64,000 bases of DNA from Squalus acanthias (lineage: Eukaryota). The notes beneath the pieces were generated by a model. That model did not search any database, was not told the DNA's origin, and was given only the letters and a program-made list of their open reading frames with translations. How positions within the stretch are numbered: the first letter of the stretch is position 1; the number at the start of each line of letters is the position of its first letter. Shown here piece after piece: positions 34,297 to 43,235 of this stretch. The stretch covers positions 3,844,001 through 3,908,000 of the forward strand of contig CM059433.1 in assembly GCA_030390025.1 (NCBI GenBank), read 5' to 3'. The position numbers were made by a program, and so were the translations under genes.

Positions 34297-35505
34297 GAGT
34301 ACAGCTGCTTCAGTCCTCCGGCTCCTTCTCCTTGACCTGCTGCTGCTTGCTGAGGCAGCCGCTCAGCCAGCAATGCCAAGAATTAAGTTCTGCAGCATCA
34401 ATGAACCTCCCATTTAACAACTGGAAATAGCCTGTGGCAATGATGGCTTGCGAGTAGACTGCACGCAATATTGATCCACCCTTTGAGTGTAACGCCAATG
34501 AGCTTGGGCTTTAAGGCTGGAATTAGCACCCCAATCATTTCTTTGAGCAGTGAGAATGAATTTTGCATGCAGTCTAAAGCATTAGCGCCTGGCACTAATT
34601 CTCCAACTTTTTTAATGACACCGCCCATTCCTGGACTATAATGAATTTCTAGCCCAATCATTCTAGACTGAGTGCTCCTGGAGCAGGAATGGTGCACAGT
34701 GGAACATGCTCCCGATACACTGGGTGCAGCCCTTCCTGCTGCCACTTGGCTGACAATTAAGTATGAGAGGTGAGGTGCCATGAAAATGCCTGGCCATATT
34801 TATGGATGGCTCTCTTGTGATGTGAATACATGCAGTGAGGCAAGGGAGGGTTGTGATGATTGGCACTCAGGGTACCCTGGCCTGGAGAAGAACCATCCAA
34901 AGAGCCTTGCAGGGGATAGCAGACAGAGCTTTTACTCTCTGCAATGTGGAAGAAGCTGCCAAACCGGAGGGAAGGGGGCAAGGGGATGATACGCAGCAGC
35001 TTCCTATGGCAAGTATCTGTTCCCAGTAAACATGCCACAAATTGTGTCTTCAGAACCTGTTACTCTTTTACTACATGCTCCCCAAAGCTGTCATGCAACT
35101 TTACAGCCCTTTGAATGCTTGGCATGTTTGGCCATACAGTAGCACAGCCCAGATACCGGCTGCAGCTTATTTCTGAAACTGCTGCCACACTGAAATTTTA
35201 ATGGGGTTTCCTGTCGCCATATCCGGGCTGCATTTTACGTGCTCAGTTACTGTGTACGCAGGACGGCCACACATGGTTATCATCCATGACTCCTTGCATG
35301 TGTAACACAGCAGTGCAGCTAATTTGAGCCGCTGTATCCTGGTGCTGTTGCTGTTCGACGTGAAAGGAGATATAAAAGTGCATCAGTCCTGTGTTTGATA
35401 TGTAAACGGCCATCACATTGATCGATACAGCCTCTGATCCCTATCCTGAATCGGAAGGAGATAGAGGCAGAGCATTTGAGGGAAGTGGTGACCTTAGCTG
35501 CAATT

Positions 35506-35719
35506 ATGCGGAGATGCCGGTGTTGGACTGGGGTGGACAAAAGTGAGAAGTCGCACAACACCAGGTTATAGTCCAACAGCTTTATTTGAAATCACAAGCT
35601 TTCCGAGCGGCTGCTCCTTCATCAGGTGAAGTCACCTGACAAGGGACCAGCGCTCCGAAAGCTTGTGATTTCAAATAAAGCTGTTGGACTATAACCTGGT
35701 GTTGTGCGACTTCTCACTT
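35506..35719 (-). mobile_element. Penelope-like (family B) inverted pseudo-LTR insertion forming a near-perfect hairpin
   Basis: Arms of about 91 bp (35539-35629 and 35632-35721) with a 2-nt loop; ~33-bp tail on one side only; 12-bp TSD TTAGCTGCAATT (35494-35505, 35720-35731); hammerhead cores. Confidence 0.8.
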
Positions 35720-35812
35720 TTAGCTGCAATTGTCAGCGCTGTCCCTGTAGTGGAGATTGCCTTAGCTGCAATTGTCAGCGCTGTCCCTGTAGTGGAGATT
35801 GCCTTAGCTGCA
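35720..35812. repeat. 42-bp tandem duplication (2.2 copies)
   Basis: TTAGCTGCAATTGTCAGCGCTGTCCCTGTAGTGGAGATTGCC starts at 35720 and 35762, with a partial copy at 35804. Confidence 0.95.
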
Positions 35813-36055
35813 GATGACACAGCTCTGCAACTGTCTCTGTGCCATTCCAAAATCTGCAGAGGCAACTTCCGTTGGTCATTGTTAGTTGGCGTGCCAACAC
35901 CTGCAGATGAAGCTGGTGACTTAAAGGCAGATGCTATTCTGGCTCTCGTGTCAGCTGATCACCCCTTCGTCTTCAAGCATGAGAACCTTTGGTAGCTGAG
36001 AAAGCAAACCCTGTATTTATAGAAAAATGTCCACTTAACAAAAAAAACGGTCTTT

Positions 36056-36205
36056 GTGTCAGCTTGGCACGGTGGATAGCAGTAATAGTATCTGTGAGTT
36101 CGAGGTTGTGGGTTCAAGCCTCCCTGAAGGACTTGAACATGTAATCTAGGCTGGTGCTTCAGTGCAGTGAGGAGGGCGTGCTGCACTGTTGTAGGTCCCA
36201 TCTGC
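36056..36205 (+). mobile_element. Degenerate tRNA-derived SINE head
   Basis: GTGTCAGCTTGGCAC...GGTTGTGGGTTCAAGCC...CAGTGCAGTG aligns with the 5' part of 41685-42155. Confidence 0.65.
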
Positions 36206-36985
36206 TGGTTGGAAAATCCACTATCTGGACTGAGTCATGACAACAGGGGGGGGCACCGCCACTAGCACTGGTGCTTCTGGGCCAGACACAATAAAACATC
36301 CCACACAAAACATAACCAAGGCTACAGAAAGTACTTTAACATGTGGCAAGGCAATGATGTTCAGAGGCTTATAAAGTCAACATTTTGTCACATAAAATGA
36401 AATAAGTCGTAACTAGTATGAAAAAAATGAAATTACTGGTACTTTTATGGATTATTTAAGCTGCAAAAACTCCAGGGGGTAAAAATTCAGTTGGTTGCGC
36501 CTCCCGTTAGCGCCTTAAGAGGGCGCTAATGGGGCGCAAAGCCGCTAACGCCCGGGCGCAGCGATGTTTGCGCCGCTCGGGACTTAACTAGAGATTGTAC
36601 GGCGGCGCTAAAACTTACCGCTGCGACCACCTGCGCGCGCAGATTGTGACGTCATTCCATGGTGCAACGCCCTTGTGGCGCCCCGGAGCGGAAATTGAGT
36701 GGCGCCCCCTGCCTTACCGCCTGGCGCATCCAACGACCAGAAGACTGGAACGCTATCAATCGCTGTGGGGCTGGGGGGGGCGCTCTTTAAAGGGGGCCTC
36801 TTCCTGTCTTTTTCTGTGGTCGACATTTTTGCACCACTCGTTCTGAGAGAGAGAGAGAGATTCGGAGAGAGAGAAAGAGAGACTTCTGCATTGACTCAAC
36901 GCTTTGTGAGGTAGTTTTGCCTATTGATCCTAACTTCGCTAGTACTTTAGTTGCTGTCCTTCATTACTTTGCTTGCAAAGAGAAT

Positions 36986-38146
36986 ATGGGGGCTGCACTG
37001 ATTGGGGGCGTCGTCCTGCTCCAGCTGAATCGGAGGATACAGAGACGCAGAGAGAGAGTGGCAATGATGGCCAGACGGAGGAGGGCCAACAGGCGTATGT
37101 ACAGGAGAGCTTACCCTCCCAGGGTATATCGTGAACAGCTCTCCTACATCCATATGTCTGAGGAGCTGTGTTTGCGAAGGCTGCGATTCAGCAAGGAGGT
37201 GGTCACTGAGCTCTGCCACCTGCTGCAGCCAGATCTGCAGCCTCAACTGAGGTCCAGGACGTCTCTGTCGGTGGCAGTGAAGGTCACAGTGGCTCTCAAC
37301 TTTTACGCTACTGGCTCATTTCAAGCTGCTGCTGGGGACCTCGCCAATATCTCCCAGTTCGCGGTGCATTGCTGCATCCGGCAGGTCACAAATGCCCTCT
37401 TTAAAAGGAGACGAGAGTTCATCTCTTTCCCCATGACCCCAGACAAGCAGCGTGACCGCGCTCTGGGCTTTGCGAGGGTAGCGGGCTTCCCCATGGTGCA
37501 GGGTGCCATTGACTGCACGCATGTGGCTTTGCGTGCTCCGCATGAGAATGCCGAGGAATTCCGGAACAGAAAGGGGTTCCATTCCTTGAATGTTCAGTTG
37601 GTCTGTGACCACAGACAGCTGATACTCGCTGTCAATGCCCACTATCCTGGCAGCTGCCACGATGCTTTTATCCTGCGCCAGACTACTGTGGCAGAACTTT
37701 TCGAGGCACCGCATCAGCCAGTTGGTTGGCTTCTCGGGGACAAGGGGTATGCATTGAGCATCTGGCTGATGACACCGCTCCGTACGCCCAACAACCCTGC
37801 TGAGCTGCGGTACAATGAGAGCCATCAAGCTACCAGGAACATAATTGAGCGCACAATCGGCGTGCTGAAGCAACGGTTCCGCTGTCTCGACCATTCTGGA
37901 GGAGCCCTGCAGTACTCGCCTGAGCGAGTATCGAACTTCGTAGTCGTGTACTGCATGTTGCATAACATGGCAATCCTCAGGACCCAGCCAATGCCACCAG
38001 GCCTTGGAGCACCACCAGAGGAGGAGGAGGAAGAGGAGGAAGAGGACGAGGAGGATGATCATCAGCAGCACCAAGGCGGGAGGGCGGCCCACAATGGTCA
38101 AACTGCAAGGGCCGTCCGTCAACGGCTAATAGCAAGCCGCTTCTAG
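36986..38146 (+). CDS. Harbinger DDE transposase (HARBI1-like), 386 aa
   Basis: Uninterrupted ORF from the first ATG; HTH region; catalytic-region motifs GAIDCTHV, GSCHDAF, LLGDKGY, RNIIERTIG; acidic tail. Confidence 0.95.
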   Translation: MGAALIGGVVLLQLNRRIQRRRERVAMMARRRRANRRMYRRAYPPRVYREQLSYIHMSEELCLRRLRFSKEVVTELCHLLQPDLQPQLRSRTSLSVAVKVTVALNFYATGSFQAAAGDLANISQFAVHCCIRQVTNALFKRRREFISFPMTPDKQRDRALGFARVAGFPMVQGAIDCTHVALRAPHENAEEFRNRKGFHSLNVQLVCDHRQLILAVNAHYPGSCHDAFILRQTTVAELFEAPHQPVGWLLGDKGYALSIWLMTPLRTPNNPAELRYNESHQATRNIIERTIGVLKQRFRCLDHSGGALQYSPERVSNFVVVYCMLHNMAILRTQPMPPGLGAPPEEEEEEEEEDEEDDHQQHQGGRAAHNGQTARAVRQRLIASRF

Positions 38147-38440
38147 GGCCCCTGCCATTGCTAACAACATTAATGAACCCAGCATGCAACCCCTAAGCCG
38201 GCCAAGGCACCAATAATTCCAACCACCAACCATGTATATTTTGAATACAGAAACTTATTTATTTTACAAACTCTGTGTGTGTCAATTCCTCATGACAAAC
38301 TCATAGAAATAAACACAAAAAAACAGTCAATAACATAACTGGTTCTCACAACCTGGAGATAATGTCCAAAACACTAAACAAAAGTTGGACCATGAACCTC
38401 GACCTTTAATAAAAAAATGACCAGCATTTTGTCACACCTC

Positions 38441-40314
38441 CTACTTTTTGCCCTTCGAGGGTGATCTCCTTCCCTTGCGCACTTCCCCCCTTCTAACCCT
38501 ACTGCTCCTCCGTAATGGGACCTCAGTGGCTGCAGCAAGGCTGGTGGAAGGCTGCTGCTCGTCAGACCCTGACACTGCAGATGCCCCTGAAGGACGGCCT
38601 CGACCAGTTCTGGGCCTGGAGGGCCCGGCTGCAGACTGCACCAACTCTGCATGGGCGGCAGCAGTCTGTCCTACAGGCGGTGGCAAGTGCAGTGGAGAAG
38701 TGACAGTGTTGGCAGCAGGAATGCTGTCATCGTGAGAGAGGCCAGCAACTCCCTGCTCGCCCGACACACTGGCACTCCCACGGGGCAGCACTTCAGCATC
38801 CGGAGCAATCTGCTGGAGAACAGATTGCTGGCCTGCTGCGGCGTGGTGACAGCCCCGGGGACATGTGCATGAACCATCGAGGTTGGCAGCAGTCTGTGCT
38901 CGCGTGGCCTCAATCTGAGTCTGCATGAGAGCAGTCAGAGATGGGATCATGGCAGCCAGTGACTGAATTGCAGCACTAAGCGTTAGTGTGGCATCCGCCT
39001 GTGCTACAGCGAAGTGCTCCACACTCCTTGCCAGTGACTCAATGCATTCGGGCACCCTTCCCACTGCACCCATGAGCTCAGTGTGCATGCCCACCGCCTG
39101 GGTGTTCATTTCTGCGATCAGCCGCTCCTCCTCTGCGTCCATTGCAGTAGGAGTGTCTGGCATACTCTCCCTCTGGGGAGAAGGCCCCCGTTCTTCCCTA
39201 CCCCCATGGCGTTGCTGCAGCCTGCTGGGTCCTGGAGCTTCACCCTCATCAGACCCTTCCCCCCTGCTCCCCTCCAGGGAAGGCGTGTTCCCAGTGTGGG
39301 CATGGGCTTCCTCGGGAGAGGGTGGCACTGATGCTCCAGCTTCCTCTTCCTCCTCGGCTGCAGCATCACTCCCAGTGGCAGCTTCAGGGCCCGTCTCCTC
39401 AGCTGGTGAATCACCATCTGAAAGCAGGGAGGTACAAGAGTGGCTTTAGCGTGAGGACAGGGTGGCAGTAAGGGAGGAATAAGTGCAGCGAGTTAGCAAG
39501 TTGGATTGAAAGTGTCAAAGGCTGGTGTTGTGAGGGACAAGTGGAAGGACAGAGGACAAAAAGGTGATGACCTTACCATTGCTGTCCAGAACGGGGTCAG
39601 CGTCTCCAGTGGTGACGGGACCGATCACCTGGCTTGCCACAATCCTGTGGACGCGCTCCTCAAGATCGCTGAGGGGTTGCAGCTGAGGCCGCCCTCCACC
39701 TGTCCGTTGCTGCTGTCTCCGATTATGCGCCAGCTTGGCCTGTAAGAAAAAGGACAGCATCTGAGTAAATATACAGCCATGCTCTTGCCTGATGTGCCTC
39801 CCATAGGTGAATAGCCCTTACTGTATGCAGCCATGGGCTTGCCTGATGTGCCTCCCATAGGTGAATAGCCCTTACTGTATGCAGCCATGGTCTTGCCTGA
39901 TGTGCCTCCCATAGGTGAATAGCCCTTACTGTATGCAAAGTGTGGAATGTGTGTGTGTGTTTCATGAAAGGGCCATAGGTGTTGGATGAGTGTTGTGCAT
40001 TGGGGTTTTAAGACCCTCTGGCCATAGAGTGAGGTTGAGATGGAGGGATGGAGAGGTATTGAGAAAAAGCCACTCACCCTGACGACCCGAGTGAGGTCGT
40101 TGAACTTTTTGCGGCATTGAGTATGGGTCCTGGGCACCATGCTCCTGGAGGAGACACTCTGAGCCACCTCCCTCCACACTCTTCTGAACTCGCGTGGCAA
40201 AGGCCTCCTGCCACTCTCAGGGAAGAGCATACATCTTCTGCGCTCCACCGCGCCAACCAGAGCATCCAAGGCCCGCTCGGTGAAGCGATGAGCTCGTTCT
40301 CGCACCCTCTCCAT
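38441..40314 (-). CDS. Harbinger Myb/SANT-like (trihelix) DNA-binding protein, 3 exons (40314-40078, 39739-39577, 39417-38441), 458 aa predicted
   Basis: RFTERALDALV...VWREVA...RTHTQCRKKFNDL; junctions AGG|gtgagt...ttacag|GCC and AATG|gtaagg...tttcag|AT keep the frame (237+163+977 = 1377 nt); basic C-terminus. Confidence 0.88.
39774..39937. repeat. 54-bp tandem repeat x3 in intron 1 of the Myb-like gene
   Basis: TTGCCTGATGTGCCTCCCATAGGTGAATAGCCCTTACTGTATGCA starts at 39785, 39839 and 39893. Confidence 0.95.
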
Positions 40315-40812
40315 CCTTGGCAGCAAAATGGATTCACAGGTCTCTCCAGGCCGAGATTCAAGGCTGCAATGAGCAGGGTGTGGCTGGGGAGCAAGTTGGC
40401 CCCCCCCCCGCTTTAAGAAGTGGCCGGCGCCAGTGTGTCTGTGTTCCCTCGCTAACTGGCAGCAGCTGCGCTGCGCTCGCGCTCTGAGTTAGCACCTCAC
40501 TGCTCGGCCTTTGCGCCTTAAGACAGGTGTGCAGCGCCTGATTTAGCGCTCCACTCACCTCCCGGGGCGGTAAAAGTGAAGTTTCCAGTCAGTGCCGATA
40601 ATTAGCGCCAGGCGCTAATATTTGCGTCCAGACGATATTTGCGCCCCAAATGGGGCGCGACCTAATTTTTCCCCCCAGATGTTTTATTATTTCATGCCGT
40701 GGCACTCCCAAGAATAATATTAAATGGAGAAAACTATCTACTTCCAGTTCCCTGATTGTGATCCATTGACCCTGGCCTGGAAACAGCCACATGAGGGATC
40801 AGTGAGAACATT

Positions 40813-41579
40813 GGGCCAGAAATTCGTCTCCCTGGCTTCCCGCGGGTGCAAGGATCCCACGCGCACTTACCTACCGCGCCTGCCGTTGACCTCTGGGCCC
40901 ACGGGGACTTCAGCTCCTGGGCCTCCTGCAGCTGCCGGCGCGCAGTGCTTGCGTGTCCCAGGGGCGCAGTTAGTGCGATGCGTCCCCTGGGATCACGTGG
41001 GCCATGGAGAGCCAATGGCAGCAGACCATCTTTCATTCATAGATTTGACAGGAAGACCTGTCAAATCTGTGAATTGAAATTGGCCCCAAAACAACACCTA
41101 AACTTCAAATAAATTTTTTTTAAAAACCATCACCTTTTTAAAATAACTATAAGTTAAATAAATTAACTACTTTAAACAAAAATTTTAATTTTTGAAAATA
41201 TTAAAATACTTTTTAACAGTGCTAAAAATAAACTTACCTTTCTTTAAAGTATCTAAAAAAGATAAACCTGTTGAAAATATTTTAAAATTATAATTAATTA
41301 ACCACTTACCTTGTTGAAAACGGGTCCTGCGCCTCCTTTTTAAAAGCGCAGGTTCTTCAATACTTACCTTCCCAGAGAAACCTGAAAAAAAACCTAAGTT
41401 AGCTGCGTGCGCGCAGCCTCTACCGCGCACGCGGTTCACCTCTGAACCGCTCCCTTCACGAGACCGGAAGTTCCGGTTTCCCGCGCATGCGCAGTGCATG
41501 CAGGAAACCGGCACTTCAGGAGGCCTTATGGGTGAGTACACAACGCGTACTCACCCAGCAAGTGCCGAATTTTTGGTCC
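40813..41579 (+). mobile_element. Complete Harbinger-type MITE (767 bp)
   Basis: TIRs GGGCCAGAAATTC and GAATTTTTGGTCC; flanks ATT/AAT; second copy at 32455-33203. Confidence 0.9.
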
Positions 41580-41684
41580 AATATCACACTCACTTTCAGG
41601 AGGATTTGCTCCATCAGTTTTAAGATAAGGCAACTTGCAAAGCAAACCCCGCCTAACTGCTGCCAGAGTGACCTGGCTACAACT

Positions 41685-42155
41685 GGTGTCAGCCGTGGCT
41701 CACTTGGTAGCACACTCGCCTCTGAGTCAGAAGGTTGTGGGTTCAAGTCCCCACTCCAGGGACTTGAGCACATAAAGCTAGGCTGACACTCCAGTGCAGT
41801 GCTGAGGGAGTGCCGCACTGTCAGAGGTGCTGTCTTTTGGACAAGACGTTAAGCCGAGGCCCCGTCTGCTCTCTCGGGTGGACGTAAAAGATCCCACGGC
41901 ACTATTTCGAAGAAGAGCAGGGGAGTTCTCCCTGGTGTCCTAGCCAATATTTATCCCTCAACCAACATAACCAAAACAAATTATCTGGTCATTATCACAT
42001 TGCTGTTTGTGGGAGCTTGCTGTGCGCAAATTGGCTGCAGCGTTTCCCACATTACAACAGTGACGACACTCCAAAAAAGTACTTCATTGGCTGTAAAGTG
42101 CTTTGAGACGTCCGGTGGTCGTGAAAAGCGCTGTAGAAATGCAAGTCTTTCTTTC
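41685..42155 (+). mobile_element. Full-length Deu-domain tRNA-derived SINE (SacSINE1-like)
   Basis: A box TGGCTCACTTGG, B box GGTTCAAGTCC, Deu core GACGTTAAGCCGAGGCCCC...AAAAGATCCCA, L2-like tail GCAAGTCTTTCTTTC. Confidence 0.9.
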
Positions 42156-43235
42156 AGTTATGATCGCTCCCATATAGAAGAGCTTGTCAACACTCACTGT
42201 CTGGGCTCACACATGATGATTTGGCTAGCTCACTAAAGTAGCTAAGCTTTCTGCTCCCCTGTGGATCTCTACCCATTCAAGAGAGAGGGGAAGAAATAAG
42301 AAAAAAAAAATCAATCAAGTCTTTTTTGTTGTTGAATAAGTTCCCGCAGCCGGAAAAAGTTAATGATGTTGATTCCATCTATTTAGCTTTTAAAGTTTTA
42401 ATCAGGTCAATACAGAATAGAGCTCCTTTATTTTCTGAACGATAGTGCGATAGAGTTTGTTATATTTATTTACCGACCGAGCCGTCAATCAACCCGCTGA
42501 ATGCAAGTCTGCCAGTAGCCGATGATTCGAATGTCACCTCCTGATTGACTAACAATTCGACCGAAAAGCAATCACCACCCAGTCAGTGAAAAATGCAGCC
42601 AGATTGTTTCCCCCATTTCATGGTAGTCTGGAGAACGAGGTCATTATTTTCAGCGTAAATAACCTATTAAAGTACCTGTAATTCCATCTTTTTTGCATTA
42701 GTTATAATTTATTTCATATTAAGTAACAAAATATTGAATGTGATCTTCTCCGTAAGCCTGTGCCTGGCCACCTGTGAGCACTCGTTCTGCAGCCTTTGTT
42801 ATGCATGGTGCAGGTGGACTGCAGTGCAGTGAGCTGAGAGGACGTGTCTGTGTTTCCCTCGAGCTCGTGCTTCCTGCCGACACAGGCAGCATTTTTCACT
42901 CAGCTGCTCTATAAATTCATTCACCATAGAAGGATCAAATGTGAAGATTTTTTTTTCTCCCCAGCATCCTTCCTGAACTGACTCAGGAAGAAGTACTCCA
43001 AAAAAAAAAGTGTCGTCCCCTAAGCCAGCCGCCTGATAGTGCTCGTAATTTCAGGCATTCGGAGACTGGCCGTCACGGTTTGGCCAGTGTGTGTGCGCGT
43101 AGTGTCCTGGCATCATCACGTTGGGAGCAATTTTAACCTAATCCGCCCGTTGGGAAACTGACTGGATCGGGGGCCAACGATGGTTTTACACCCCGCCCGA
43201 TTTACTCTCTGTTGAAATCAATGGAGAGCAATATT

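Larger units (their letters stand above)
29535..34655 (+). mobile_element. Decayed PIF/Harbinger related to the intact copy; left TIR lost; carries CR1 and MITE insertions
   Basis: Subterminal TTAGCGCC clusters at both ends; right TIR ATGAATTTCTAGCCC; transposase (+) and Myb-like (-) remnants. Confidence 0.85.
36476..40675 (+). mobile_element. Full-length, apparently intact autonomous PIF/Harbinger DNA transposon (4200 bp)
   Basis: 12-bp TIRs GGGGTAAAAATT and AATTTTTCCCCC (11/12); 3-bp TSD CAG (36473-36475, 40676-40678); two convergent open genes with AATAAA signals between them. Confidence 0.95.

Noticed and set aside
36917..36985. N-terminal extension of the transposase ORF from a TTG start
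   Set aside because: Eukaryotic context; the first ATG at 36986 matches the MGA start of the sister transposases, and the upstream part looks like 5' UTR or intron.
37316..38122. 268-aa antisense ORF over the transposase, and similar antisense ORFs over CR1 ORF2
   Set aside because: Shadow ORFs arising from codon bias on the coding strand.
36986..38146. Host HARBI1 gene
   Set aside because: It lies between TIRs with a TSD and a partner Myb gene, so it is a transposon ORF and not the domesticated gene.
39774..39937. CRISPR-like array
   Set aside because: Head-to-tail tandem repeat with no unique spacers, in vertebrate DNA with no cas genes.
40810..41582. Flanks are inverted (ATT/AAT; also AAT/ATT at 21390 and 25790) rather than direct TSDs
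   Set aside because: A single substitution in an AWT target explains each case, and other MITEs here have direct 3-bp TSDs (GAT, AAA); too few cases.
41685..41760. tRNA gene
   Set aside because: The A and B boxes belong to a SINE head that continues into the Deu core; no complete cloverleaf.
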